Assembly (NCBI GenBank): GCA_963813715.1
Contig: CAWFAK010000007.1
Span: 672,001 to 736,000 of the forward strand
Length of the DNA stretch: 64,000 nucleotides
Origin: an uncultured Planctomycetaceae bacterium
GTDB taxonomy: Bacteria > Planctomycetota > Planctomycetia > Planctomycetales > Planctomycetaceae
Direction of reading: 5' to 3'
The position numbers were made by a program, and so were the translations under genes. Below the pieces are notes generated by a model, which saw nothing but the letters and a program-made list of their open reading frames with translations, was not told the DNA's origin and made no database searches. Numbering within the stretch: position 1 is the stretch's first letter; each line of letters opens with the position of its first letter. Below, one piece after another: positions 35,092 to 45,179 of this stretch.

Positions 35092-38004
35092 ATGTCCGAT
35101 CTGCGACGCATCGTCGATGAAATCCGTTTCTACCTCGACTCCAACGAGGCGGAGATGACGGAGTCGGTGCGCGAGGCGGCCAGTGATTATGCCGAGGCTT
35201 GTCATCAGGCGAATCAGCGGTTGCGGCGGTGCGGCGAGTTTTTGAATCGCAACCTGCGTTCCGAGGCGATCCAGCTCTCCGAAGCAGAGCCCGACCTGTT
35301 GGAGGCCGTTTCCACCCTCGATTTCGCCGGCCGCGAAAATTGGGACTCGGTCGTCAGTCTCTATAACCTGCCGACCGTCGAGCCGCTGTTGATGGAGGTG
35401 GCTGAGGCACTCAACGAAGCGTATGCGTTGCAGGAGCCGGTGAAGAAGCTCCTCGACAAGCATCGCTTCCTGGCGCTGTCGCGGGCTCCTCTCAAACAGC
35501 GGTTGGCCGTCTTGTGGAAGCTCGTCGAGCAGGACCCGACGATCGGCAGTTGGGAGACGGATGCCAGCGAGATGGAGCGGGTCCGGCTCCGCGAGATCGA
35601 GGCCGAGACCCGCGATGCGGTCAAGCACGTCGACGCCTCCGGCATGAGCGCGATCGCCGAAGAGCTCGAGCACGGGAAGTGGATCGAAGCGATCTCGCAA
35701 CAATTCAAGACGGCCATCGCCCAGTCCGCTCGCGAGATCACGCGGCGGGACGCACGGACGCATGTCGAAATCGTAGCGGCCGCCCTCCAAACGGCCCTGG
35801 CCGAATCCGCCTTGGAACGGGCCCGTCAGCTCAAAACTCAATGGGACGATTTGCAGGAAGCGGCCGATCTCGACGGCTTCGATCCCGTTTCACTTCGTGC
35901 TCAACCGACGCTCCGCTGGGTCGCGGAAGAAGACGCGAAGGAGGCCACGCGTCAAAAGTTGGAGAAGGCCGTCGCCTCGTTCCGGCAGCTACTCGGAGAT
36001 GAGCGCACGCCCCGCGACACGCTCGAGAGCTCGCGCGCGGCCCTGCTCCGCATTGATCCGGCGATCCCCCCGCCGCTCGAGGAACGCTTCCGTGAGCGCG
36101 TGCAGCGGATCGAACGGCGTGACAAATTCCGACGCGTGTCGATCATCGGTGCCAGCGTCGCGTCGGTGCTGGTGCTTGCCGGTCTGAGTGGGCTCTTGGT
36201 TCGGCGGTCGTTGCAGAACGCCGAGACCAGCCGCCTGGCCGACTCGCTGTCACAATCGGTCGCCGAGGGGAAGCTCGTCCAAGCGCGGGATTTCGCGAAC
36301 GAGCACCTCGACCTGGCCGGCGACGCACACTGGGAGAAAGCAGTCAACAACTTGACCGACGCGGAAGGTCAGGAAAAACTTCGCGCGGCCGACTTCTCCG
36401 GCCAGCTCGCCTCCGCCGCCAAAGCTGGGGATTACGCCGAGGCCCGTGCCAAGCTCGACAAAGCGGTGCGCCTCGCCCGGACGGAGGATGAAAAATCGCA
36501 GGCGGAGCGGTTAAGCGGGCAGGTGGAGGAACAGCACCGCAAGGACGTGACGACAAAAACCAGCGAGCTGCAGCAGCGCTTCGACGCGATCACCGCCGAC
36601 CTCCATCGTGCCCAGACCATGCACAATGTCTCCGCGCCCGCGGCGGACATCGCCGCCCTACTCTCACAGATTGGCGAGCGGTTGACCGCGCTTCGTCAGG
36701 CTGCCAGCGGCTTGGAGGGGGATTACGGATCGCGGATTGGCGTGCTCGAAACCGAGTTGAAGTCGATCAAGGATCTGGTTCACGCGGACAGCCAGAAGGT
36801 GGCGGCGCTCGACGCGATCAAACACGCCTCGCTGATTCATGCGGCCGAGGCTGACTCCGGCAAGCAAGTGAGCGACTACATTGCCGCCCTTGCCGCATTC
36901 ACGCAGGCGTTTCCCGACGATCCGCGCACTCCCGACTTTCAAGAGGTGCGGAACGAGGCGGCGCTCTACGCAGGTATCTGCGCCTGGCAGAACATGGCCG
37001 CCCAATGGAAAACGCTCAATCCCGGCGATTTAAACGATGCTCGCAAGCGGGCCGGCGAATGCGCAGAGTTTCTCAAGCAGCATGCCCAGTCGCCGGCGGC
37101 CCCACTCGTGCAACAGTATGCCGCCTTCGCGGAGGCCGTGCAGCGTCGCGAGAGCGACGGCCTGGTCACCAAGCTGCACGACTTGTTCGCCGGCCCGCTG
37201 ATGCACAATGTTCACGTCCTGCGGGACAACGAGAGCAACGCATACTATCTGAAGAACGCGGTCGACCTTTCCGGCAAGCGCTTCGCGAACGTCAAATACT
37301 TGAGCGGTTTCGGCGGCGAGGAAAAAAACAAGACCCTGCCCACCGACACGCTGACGAAAGCCGTCTCTGATCCGGCGCCGCAAAGCCCTCTCTCTGACAA
37401 GGCCCTCATTGAGCTGGCGCAACTCTCGGTCGAAAACTGGGAGCCGAGCATCGGTCATCTGGCGCATCTCGTGCTCGAGACGGACAAGCTCGACCCATTT
37501 CTCCGCTACGCGCTGTTACGGTACGTGCTGGAGTACGGGGCGGCCGGCAGCGATCTCCTCAATCCCGGGCTGCAGCAGCCGCTTGGGGTGTTGCACAACG
37601 GCTTGGACCTTTCGACCCCTTGGATGCTGCCGGATAGCGCGGCCGCAAAAAAAGCCCGCCCCGAAGCCGAGCAGGTGGTGTTCCGCATCATCGACCTCGA
37701 CAAAGCCTGGACCCAGGCCGACCGCCGTCGCGAACAGCTCGCCCAAGCGTTCTTTTGTCCTTGCCTGTTCATCGGCCGGTTGTCCCGCAACGCCGAGGGA
37801 CAATGGGGCTGCGTGACGCGCTGGACGGCAGACGGCAACTACGATCTGGTTGTGGCCGTTCCCGGAGCGAACGGCGAGCCGTCACGCTGGGAGCCGATTG
37901 GGACCGTCAAGGACGGCAAGGTAACGATCGCGCGCCAGGAACGGGCCACCGTGCTCCGCGAGGGGCGACTCATCCTTGCCCGCCCACCGGAGGCCGCCAA
38001 ATGA
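35092..38004 (+). CDS. Large helical/coiled-coil membrane protein (970 aa, one TM near residue 350)
   Basis: Intact ORF with Glu/Arg/Leu-rich helical sequence and TM 'VSIIGASVASVLVLAGLSGLLV'. Its stop overlaps the next start. Confidence 0.8.
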   Translation: MSDLRRIVDEIRFYLDSNEAEMTESVREAASDYAEACHQANQRLRRCGEFLNRNLRSEAIQLSEAEPDLLEAVSTLDFAGRENWDSVVSLYNLPTVEPLLMEVAEALNEAYALQEPVKKLLDKHRFLALSRAPLKQRLAVLWKLVEQDPTIGSWETDASEMERVRLREIEAETRDAVKHVDASGMSAIAEELEHGKWIEAISQQFKTAIAQSAREITRRDARTHVEIVAAALQTALAESALERARQLKTQWDDLQEAADLDGFDPVSLRAQPTLRWVAEEDAKEATRQKLEKAVASFRQLLGDERTPRDTLESSRAALLRIDPAIPPPLEERFRERVQRIERRDKFRRVSIIGASVASVLVLAGLSGLLVRRSLQNAETSRLADSLSQSVAEGKLVQARDFANEHLDLAGDAHWEKAVNNLTDAEGQEKLRAADFSGQLASAAKAGDYAEARAKLDKAVRLARTEDEKSQAERLSGQVEEQHRKDVTTKTSELQQRFDAITADLHRAQTMHNVSAPAADIAALLSQIGERLTALRQAASGLEGDYGSRIGVLETELKSIKDLVHADSQKVAALDAIKHASLIHAAEADSGKQVSDYIAALAAFTQAFPDDPRTPDFQEVRNEAALYAGICAWQNMAAQWKTLNPGDLNDARKRAGECAEFLKQHAQSPAAPLVQQYAAFAEAVQRRESDGLVTKLHDLFAGPLMHNVHVLRDNESNAYYLKNAVDLSGKRFANVKYLSGFGGEEKNKTLPTDTLTKAVSDPAPQSPLSDKALIELAQLSVENWEPSIGHLAHLVLETDKLDPFLRYALLRYVLEYGAAGSDLLNPGLQQPLGVLHNGLDLSTPWMLPDSAAAKKARPEAEQVVFRIIDLDKAWTQADRRREQLAQAFFCPCLFIGRLSRNAEGQWGCVTRWTADGNYDLVVAVPGANGEPSRWEPIGTVKDGKVTIARQERATVLREGRLILARPPEAAK

Positions 38005-38879
38005 CTGCCGATGCCTCCGCCGAGGACACGGGCTTCGAGCCAACCACCTATTTCGTGCGCATCCGCGGGAAAATCCACGGCCCGTTCGACGTGGAAAAAC
38101 TGAAGAAGCTGCACGCGCGGGGCCAGTTCAGCCGGGCCCACGAAGTCTCGCGGGACAAACGCTCGTGGCAGCCGGCCGGAACGCTGCCCGAGCTTTTCGG
38201 CGCGCCCGAGCTGCGCCTGCCCCAAGCGGGAGACAACGTGTTCCTGCCGGAAATCGAAGAGACGGGCGACTCGTATCAACAAACTTCCGCGCCGCCGGGA
38301 ACGGCCAAATGGTACTACAGCGTCGGGGACGAGAGGCACGGCCCGGTTCCGCTCATGGACCTGCGGCAACTCGTCGTCAACGGACAAATGTCGCCGCACG
38401 ACCTCGTCTGGAAAGAGGGACTCGAGGACTGGGTGCCCGTCGCCAATCAACCTGAGTTCCAGGCGCAAATCGGCGGTGGCGGCAACCGCTTTCAGCAATA
38501 TGCTCCGGCGATGCACGGCATGGCGGCCGCCGTGCCCCACCACCTGACTCGGACAAGCGGTCTGGCGGTGGCCAGCGTCACGCTGGGAGTGATCGGACTG
38601 TTTCCGGCAGCCTGCACTTTGTTTGTGCTCATTCCCCAAACGGCGGCGATGGCCATCGCCAGCGTGGTCCTGGGATTCGTCGGGCTCTTTCTCGGAGCCA
38701 GCAATATCTTCGCGATCATTTTTGGAGCGGCCGCGATGAAAGACATCGGCCGCGCACGCGGGTACGTGACCGGTTGGGGCCTGGCTCTCGCGGGCCTGAT
38801 CATGGGTTCGATCGGCGCCCTCGGTTGGATGTTTTGGTTGCTCTTCTGGCTGCACGTGCTGACGTCCCCTTTTGCCTAG
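38001..38879 (+). CDS. Tandem GYF_2 (DUF4339) + DUF4190 membrane protein
   Basis: 'YFVRIRGKIHGPFDVEKLKKL', 'WYYSVGDERHGPVPLMDLRQLVVNGQMSPHDLVWKEGLEDW', 'TSGLAVASVTLG', 'GWGLALAGLIMG'. Confidence 0.85.
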   Translation: MTADASAEDTGFEPTTYFVRIRGKIHGPFDVEKLKKLHARGQFSRAHEVSRDKRSWQPAGTLPELFGAPELRLPQAGDNVFLPEIEETGDSYQQTSAPPGTAKWYYSVGDERHGPVPLMDLRQLVVNGQMSPHDLVWKEGLEDWVPVANQPEFQAQIGGGGNRFQQYAPAMHGMAAAVPHHLTRTSGLAVASVTLGVIGLFPAACTLFVLIPQTAAMAIASVVLGFVGLFLGASNIFAIIFGAAAMKDIGRARGYVTGWGLALAGLIMGSIGALGWMFWLLFWLHVLTSPFA

Positions 38880-39003
38880 CGAGACCACCGATTTTGTATT
38901 GGATGCGAACCCTCGTTGCGTGAAAGACGGACCATGAGTCGCTGAGGCAAACGAGCCCACTTGGGCAGCGGCGGCGGGCGATCGATCAAGCCAGGCCAAA
39001 CGA

Positions 39004-40554
39004 ATGACGGATCAATGGTACTACCGGCAGACAGCGGCCGAGTTTGGACCCTATACGGGAGCTCAACTGCGGCAGCTCGCCCAGTCCGGCCGGATCACGG
39101 CGGCGACCCTGGTCCGGCCGGCAAAGAATGGCGACTGGATCCTCGCGTCGCAGGTGAAGAGTCTGTGGGTGGCGGACCGACCGAAAGCCGCGCGTCTCGC
39201 CAACGTGCCGCCGCCGCTACCACCCCGCCCTTCCAGCTCGGCGGCGCGCGCGACGGTTCCGGGCGACGGTCAGCCCGTCGCGCCCGCTCGCCCTCAACGG
39301 AAGAGAACGGCGATCGTGATCGGAACGTGCATCGGCGTTGCCCTCCTCGTGGCCGGCTTGCTCGTCTACCTGGCCGCGGGCCGAGCGAAAAGAGCACTTG
39401 CGGCGACCGCCGGTGCGTCGGATATCGCCGAACCGTCCCCGGTTGCCGTCGCGGAACAGGCGGGGCCGTCGCCCGCCGAGGCGGCTCTCCCGGCAAACAA
39501 CCCCGCCGCAGGGCATGGCGGCGGGTTGTCGACGGAACAGATCGTCGCGAGATGCGAGTCGGGCGTCGCACTGATCAAGGGGCGGGTTTCCAGCGGTACC
39601 GGCTTCCTGATCGCGCCGGACGTCCTGGTGACGAACAAGCATGTGCTTTCACATGAATTGATCGACCTGGTCGAGGTCTATTTCCCGTCCGCGAAGGCGG
39701 CCGAGCAGGGCCCTTTCAAGCCGACGCTGTTGCTGGACGACGAGAAGCAGGACCTCTCGGTGCTGCGGGTGAAAACCAACCTCAACCCCGTGACGCTCGC
39801 GCGAAACTATCAATTTCGACGCGGGCAGGAAATCACCGTGATCGGCAGTCCGGGACTGGGCGGAGGAGCGCTCTTGCAGAACGCTGTCAGCCGAGGGGTG
39901 ATGAGCACGGAAATTACAATCCACGGACTCCCGTATTATCAAGTCGGCATTTCCATCAACCCGGGCAATTCCGGCGGCCCCGCCTTCGATTCGGATGCAC
40001 AGGTCATCGGCGTGGTGACGCTCAAGGCGTCGGACAAAGAGGGCCTGGGCTTCTGTATTCCCGTGGCCGAAGTCCGCCGGTTGCGCGATCGGCTGCAAAC
40101 TGTGACCCAGCACGAGATCGACCTGATGCAGGCGACTCATCGCCTTCGCGTCACCTACCGGTCGATCGCCCTGTTGGGGCAGGCCTACAAGTCCGGAATG
40201 CGGCTCTACGTTTCCGCAATGCAATCCGCGATTGACCAGCAACAGGGACCCGACGCAGGCCTTTCGGCCGTGCAGGACAAGGTGCAGTCCAAGCTGCAGT
40301 CCATCGATCACGTGCTGCTGGGCGTGCTGCGAAACGAGATTCCGCACATCACGAGCGATCCGAACGTTTCCGAACCGATCCGCCAGAAGCTGGCCGACTT
40401 CTGGGCAAACTACCTCGAGATGAAGAGTTACGTCGATAATCCCCGCGGCAGTTACCTCACCTACCAGGCCAAGTGCAACGAACTGTCCGATAGTCACGAC
40501 CGCCTGTCGGAGTCGATCAAGGCGATGCTCGGCCTGGGCGACGAAGAGGATTGA
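39004..40554 (+). CDS. GYF_2 + TM + trypsin-like (S1) serine protease + helical C-terminal domain
   Basis: 'WYYRQTAAEFGPYTGAQLRQLAQSGRI', TM 'IVIGTCIGVALLVAGLLVYL', catalytic motifs 'TNKHV', 'DLSVL', 'INPGNSGGP'. Confidence 0.9.
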   Translation: MTDQWYYRQTAAEFGPYTGAQLRQLAQSGRITAATLVRPAKNGDWILASQVKSLWVADRPKAARLANVPPPLPPRPSSSAARATVPGDGQPVAPARPQRKRTAIVIGTCIGVALLVAGLLVYLAAGRAKRALAATAGASDIAEPSPVAVAEQAGPSPAEAALPANNPAAGHGGGLSTEQIVARCESGVALIKGRVSSGTGFLIAPDVLVTNKHVLSHELIDLVEVYFPSAKAAEQGPFKPTLLLDDEKQDLSVLRVKTNLNPVTLARNYQFRRGQEITVIGSPGLGGGALLQNAVSRGVMSTEITIHGLPYYQVGISINPGNSGGPAFDSDAQVIGVVTLKASDKEGLGFCIPVAEVRRLRDRLQTVTQHEIDLMQATHRLRVTYRSIALLGQAYKSGMRLYVSAMQSAIDQQQGPDAGLSAVQDKVQSKLQSIDHVLLGVLRNEIPHITSDPNVSEPIRQKLADFWANYLEMKSYVDNPRGSYLTYQAKCNELSDSHDRLSESIKAMLGLGDEED

Positions 40555-40601
40555 GGCGTTCGCGAGCACTTGCCCTCGCTTGTTCCCACCGATTGGCAAC
40601 C

Positions 40602-41450
40602 ATGAAGCTATCCCTTTCCGTACGCGTAGCCGAGGCGCCCTGCAAGACTCGTCTCAACGCTCCCTTCGCGGACGTCGTTGCGCTCGCGGCCGAGTACGGT
40701 TACGGTGCAATATGCATGCGGGCCAGCGCCGGCGGCGTGGGCACTCCGCGTGAGGAACTCGCGCGAATGCGTGACCAGGTCGAGCGCGCCAGTCTCGTCA
40801 TTTCGATGGTGACGGCGGACTCCGACGTACCGCTCAACAACGAGTATGGTCCGGATAGTCTGCGCAACATCGGCCCCAGTTTGGATGTGGCCGAGGCGCT
40901 CGGCTGCGATCTGATCCGTGTCTGCCTCAAGTGCGAGGCGGACGTTGAACCGGCCAAACGAGCCGCCGACCTGGCCGCGGTACGAGGAATTCGGCTGGCC
41001 CACCAGTGCCATACGACGACGCTCTTTGAAGAGGTCGAGCCGTCGATCGCGCTGCTGGAGCAGATCGACCGCCGCAATTTCGGGCTGATTTATGAGCCAA
41101 TCAATCTGTTGATCTGCGGACAGCCCTACGGTTTGAAAACGCTCGAGGCGTTTGCACCCTACCTGATGAACGTCTACTTGCAGAATCATCGACTCGATCC
41201 CAACGGACCGGCCTCACTCGAGACCTGGTGCCTGGGGGTGCGGCGCTTTCATCACATCCCGCTCTGGGAAGCGGGCGGCGTCGATTTTGCCGAAGTCATT
41301 CAAGCGTTGCGGGCGATTGGCTACACCGGCTACGTCACCGTGCACCAGGCCTACGCTGAGCTGATGGGCCCCCGTGAAGCGGCCGCCAAGAGCGCCGAAT
41401 ATCTGCGCGGGCTCGGAGGGTTCAGCCCGCCCGGGAGCGACAACCCCTGA
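40602..41450 (+). CDS. Sugar phosphate isomerase/epimerase (xylose isomerase-like TIM barrel)
   Basis: 'LDVAEALGCDLIRV', 'GIRLAHQCH', 'NFGLIYEP.NL', 'GGVDFAEVIQALRAIGYTGYVTV'. Confidence 0.82.
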   Translation: MKLSLSVRVAEAPCKTRLNAPFADVVALAAEYGYGAICMRASAGGVGTPREELARMRDQVERASLVISMVTADSDVPLNNEYGPDSLRNIGPSLDVAEALGCDLIRVCLKCEADVEPAKRAADLAAVRGIRLAHQCHTTTLFEEVEPSIALLEQIDRRNFGLIYEPINLLICGQPYGLKTLEAFAPYLMNVYLQNHRLDPNGPASLETWCLGVRRFHHIPLWEAGGVDFAEVIQALRAIGYTGYVTVHQAYAELMGPREAAAKSAEYLRGLGGFSPPGSDNP

Positions 41451-41455
41451 ATCGG

Positions 41456-42859
41456 TCAGGAGTGCTCGGCTGCGGCTGCAATCGGGCACAGGCTGTTGAG
41501 ATATTCTTCGAGATTTGTGAATCCATCCCCGTCCCGATCGCCATTGCGGTCGCTGGGATCGTCTGGATTGAGTCCGTGGCTGCGTTCCCAGTCGTCGGGC
41601 ATCCCATCGCCATCGCTATCCAGGGCCGCCAGCGTGCTGCGAAGTTGGGGCCATCCGCCCACCTGGTCCTGAGAGTCGATGAGTCGGCCCGTGCGGTCGC
41701 GAACTCCCTTCACCAGCCGCTCGTCGGCGGCGTCGCGATGGAGCGACGCCCCGGCGTGTTGCAGGACGCTTTGAAAGGCTTCCATTGCCGACTGCGTCTT
41801 CGGCAAGGCCCCGTCGACGTCGAACTCGCGATCGACGCGAATTCGGTCAAGCGACATGCGGCGATAACCGCCGTCGGCCCAGCGATCGAAGGTGATCGCC
41901 AGGTAGTTGTTCTCAGTGAAGGCCGCGTTACCCTCAAACGCGTTGCCGCTGAGAAACGCCTTGAGCTGGTCCTCGGTTCCGGTCTTCGTCGCCAACGGAT
42001 GATTGCGTTTGGGCGTGTCGGGGCCGGGAAGATAGCAGTTGTTGATGAAATTGATGTGAGCGTCGCCCAGGTTGGTGGCACCACTCAGGTTGTACACGAC
42101 ATTGTCGCGGTAATCGACGATCATGCCGGGCAGCGTTTTCTCGCCGCTGGCCAGAGTCGGGTGGCGATCGCGGCTGCTGGCGAACAGGTTGTGATGAATC
42201 GAAATGTTGCCGGTGAGGTCGCGGAACGACGACAGCATCGCGTGGGTTCCCTTGGTGTGGAGACTGTGATTGAGGCACTCCGCGTAGATCGACCATTGCA
42301 GCGTGAAGTTACTTCCGCGACGCAAGTCGTGATTGCTGTCGATCCCCCAGGTCGAAGTGATGTGGTCGAAGATGACGTGGTCGACGTCGTTCGTAGTGAT
42401 GGCGTCCGGGTCGCCGTGCGGCTTGTGCTGGTCACCCAGGCGGACGCGCAGGTAACGGACGATAATGTGCGAGGCCTTTCTGATCTCGAACGTCCAATCC
42501 TTCAGACACACGCCATCGCCCGGGGCAGTTTGCCCGGCAATCGTGAGAAAGGATTTGTTTACGACGAGCGGCTTCTTCAATTCGATCGTGCCCGACACGT
42601 CAAAAACGATAGTCCGCGGACCGGAGGCCGAGCGCATGCCGTGACGCAACGATCCGGGCCCGTCGTCGTTCAAGTTCATGACGTGATAAACGTCGCCGCC
42701 GCGCCCGCCGCGTGTGAATCGGCCGAATCCTTCGGCTCCGGGGAAGGCGAGCTGCATGGGTGCGTCCGCATGCGCCGAGCGAAGCCCCGTCAACAGCAGG
42801 GCGAGAACCAGCATCCAAGTGATAAAAGGGGCCCAGCGTTCGCGAACTGTCAGGGGCAC
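41456..42859 (-). CDS. Secreted pectate lyase (parallel beta-helix) with C-terminal Asp-rich repeats
   Basis: Signal 'MLVLALLLTGLRSAHA', 'AFPGAEGFGRFTRGGRGG', 'NLNDDGPGSLR', 'TIAGQTAPGDG', 'ISIHHNLF..SRDRHP', 'DSDGDGMPDDWE', 'DGDGFTNLEEYLN'. Confidence 0.88.
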   Translation of the reverse strand: MPLTVRERWAPFITWMLVLALLLTGLRSAHADAPMQLAFPGAEGFGRFTRGGRGGDVYHVMNLNDDGPGSLRHGMRSASGPRTIVFDVSGTIELKKPLVVNKSFLTIAGQTAPGDGVCLKDWTFEIRKASHIIVRYLRVRLGDQHKPHGDPDAITTNDVDHVIFDHITSTWGIDSNHDLRRGSNFTLQWSIYAECLNHSLHTKGTHAMLSSFRDLTGNISIHHNLFASSRDRHPTLASGEKTLPGMIVDYRDNVVYNLSGATNLGDAHINFINNCYLPGPDTPKRNHPLATKTGTEDQLKAFLSGNAFEGNAAFTENNYLAITFDRWADGGYRRMSLDRIRVDREFDVDGALPKTQSAMEAFQSVLQHAGASLHRDAADERLVKGVRDRTGRLIDSQDQVGGWPQLRSTLAALDSDGDGMPDDWERSHGLNPDDPSDRNGDRDGDGFTNLEEYLNSLCPIAAAAEHS

Positions 42860-44290
42860 GAGGAATCTCCGGGCGGCAGCTTGCGTTGAGCTTCTTTCCA
42901 GATCGGCCCGTAGACTTCCTTGTCGAACGGCGGGCAACCCGTTGGGAATTGGCCAGCGGGATGAGCCCGGTTGCGCATCAGGTTGGTGCAATACGAGAAG
43001 GTTCGGCAGGTTCGACCATGATCGAGGCCGCCCTGCTCCTTGAGATTGCGCAAAATCGGGCTGCGCCAACGTCGCACGACCCAGTCCGACGATTGCGACT
43101 GAACCGTCGGTGACATTGGCCACCGCCGCCTGCAGCGCAAACTCCTGCAGCCAACTGTAGCCGCTGCCGACGACGGGCAGCTCGGGAACGGCCGCTTGAA
43201 CCGCGCGGGCCAGGCGAAAATGGCGGAGAACGCCCAACAGCGGATGTTCGGGCGCGTCGTAACCGTCGACCGGTGGATAATCGGCCGGCCGGACCACGTG
43301 CGGATTGACGTAGGGGTTGCCGGCGGTGACGTTGAGCAGGCTCACGCCGGCATCACGCAGGCGCTGTGCCAGCTCCAGGGGCTCTCGCAGATCCTCGATC
43401 TGGTGATCGTAGGGGTTGGTGCCGAACACATTTTCGAGCGGCAAGTGGTGCGGCGCCGGCTCACCGGCGGCTCCCACGGTTCCCTTGCGGTAGGCAATGC
43501 CGTCGTAGGCGTTGAATCGCGTGGCGACGATCAAAGACGGCAGCTCCTCGCGAATGCGAGCAACGATTTCCCGAACAAGCCGCGTCCGGTTCTCAAAGCT
43601 TCCGCCGAATCGGCCTGGCCGATTCCGGGCGGTCAGCAACTCCGAGAGCAAATAGCCGTGACACTGCTTGAGGTCGATGAAGTCGACGCCAATCCGGGCC
43701 GCGAGGCGTGCCGCGGCGACATATTGGTCGGCGATGCGTGCGAGGTCCTCGTCGGCGGCGAGCGGAAAGGAGTCATCGACTGGCCGGCCGCTGGCCTTGT
43801 CGATCGTGAGCGGATCGCGGATAGGATCGTGTGAAACCAGGAGCGTGCGGCGATATCCGTAGCGGCCCGAGTGCGTGAGTTGCAGACCGATCACCAAATC
43901 GTCGGCACTGCCGCACACTTCGCGATGAGCGCGGCGGCAACGGTTCAGCATGTCCTCGATCGACGCGGCTGTTCGGTCGCAGAGCCAAAGCTGACGGGGA
44001 TTGGCGCGCGCTTCGTCGCTGATCGCCGTCGCTTCGCCCCAAATCAGCTTGGCGCCGCCGCTGCCGAAGCGGACGTAGCGGCGGAAAGTCAACTCGTCGG
44101 GTCGGCCGTCGAGCGTGCCGTCGCAACCCTCCATCGGCTGAACGGCGAGGCGGTTGCCGCAGCGCTTGGGGCCGATTGCAATCGGTTGAAACAGGGCCTC
44201 GTATCGCTGGGAAAGCGACAGAGTGTGACCGAGGTGTGCGGCTTCGCTCGTCAGAGCGGCGGGCGTTTTGTAACGAAAGAAGCGGGCCAT
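42850..44290 (-). CDS. NADH:flavin oxidoreductase (Old Yellow Enzyme family), one frameshift near 43050
   Basis: 'NRLAVQPMEGCDG', 'GGAKLIWGEA', 'GLQLTHSGR', 'DLKQCHGYLLSELL', 'GGSFENRTR'. The true C-terminus is in ORF 42850-43140 ('CRTFSYCT..GCPPFDKEVY'). Confidence 0.88.
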
Positions 44291-44576
44291 GCAGCGAAAA
44301 ATCTTAGCCTCGGGTTGCCCCTCCGCCAACTCCTTCGCTTGTTGCCCGTTGGCGGCCGCATGCCTGAGCTCGGCACCGGACCACTCGCGCAAAAAAAACG
44401 CTGCCTGGGCTGACGTTGGCAAAGGGCCCATCTCTACCCAATGCCAACACAGTCCCAGGCAGCTTTCAATTAAATGTCAAGGTTTTTGATAAGGCACCGA
44501 TCAACGAACCTGAAAGGGGATCCGCTGTCGCCGGTCGCTCGGCCCAGGGCGGCGGTTGACCTAGGACCCGGAAAAC

Positions 44577-45179
44577 TCATGTGTCCGCACAAAATTCCCG
44601 ATCGATGGCAATCACCATCCGCGCGGTTTCGGGTAATTTCCGGCTGTTTTCTTTCGAGATTTTTTGCAGACGCTTGTACGCCTCTTCTTCGCCCAGCCGG
44701 CCGCGCCGCATCAGCACGCCCTTGGCGCGCTCGACCTGTTTTCGCTCTTCCAGCGACTGCCGCAACGCGGCCGCCATATCGCAAACAGCCCGATGCTCCC
44801 GAAAGCGGCGCATCGCCACGGCGACGGCCACTTCGAGATCGATCTGCTTGATGGGTTTGATCAGGTAGGCCAGCACGCTGGTGCGCAATGCCCGGCTGAT
44901 CAGTTCGGTTTCTCCAAACGAGGTCACCAGAATGACGGGCGTGGCTTGGCGCCGGTTGATCGTCGTCGCCGCCTCGATTCCGTCCACGCCCGGCATCTTC
45001 ACGTCGGTGACGATGAGATCCGGCGGACTCGTGGCGCACGCGTCGATCAATTCCTGCCCCGTGCTGCAACTGGCAGTCACGGTATGGCCCATTCCTTCCA
45101 GCAGATCTCGCACGAATTCGAGGATTGCGGGGTCGTCATCCGCGACGGCCACACGCAATCCGTCCCCCGAGGGAATCAT
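44577..45179 (-). CDS. REC-ANTAR response regulator (RNA antiterminator type)
   Basis: 'VAVADDD', 'PDLIVTDVKMPGVDG', 'AYLIKPI', ANTAR 'LEERKQVERAKGVLMRRGRLGEEEAYKRLQKIS'. Confidence 0.92.
   Translation of the reverse strand: MIPSGDGLRVAVADDDPAILEFVRDLLEGMGHTVTASCSTGQELIDACATSPPDLIVTDVKMPGVDGIEAATTINRRQATPVILVTSFGETELISRALRTSVLAYLIKPIKQIDLEVAVAVAMRRFREHRAVCDMAAALRQSLEERKQVERAKGVLMRRGRLGEEEAYKRLQKISKENSRKLPETARMVIAIDREFCADT

Noticed and set aside
37755..38000. N-terminal extension of the GYF-DUF4190 ORF, and similar extensions at 46247-46564, 51374-51532, 58158-58373 and 61186-61278
   Set aside because: They overlap upstream genes and are Arg/Gly-rich shadow sequence. Better-supported downstream starts exist, most of them coupled to the upstream stop.
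41456..44431. 991-aa ORF that looks like a flavin oxidoreductase-pectate lyase fusion
   Set aside because: The oxidoreductase's natural C-terminus and stop are in another frame (42850-43140), and the lyase has its own signal peptide. One indel near 43050 creates the apparent fusion.
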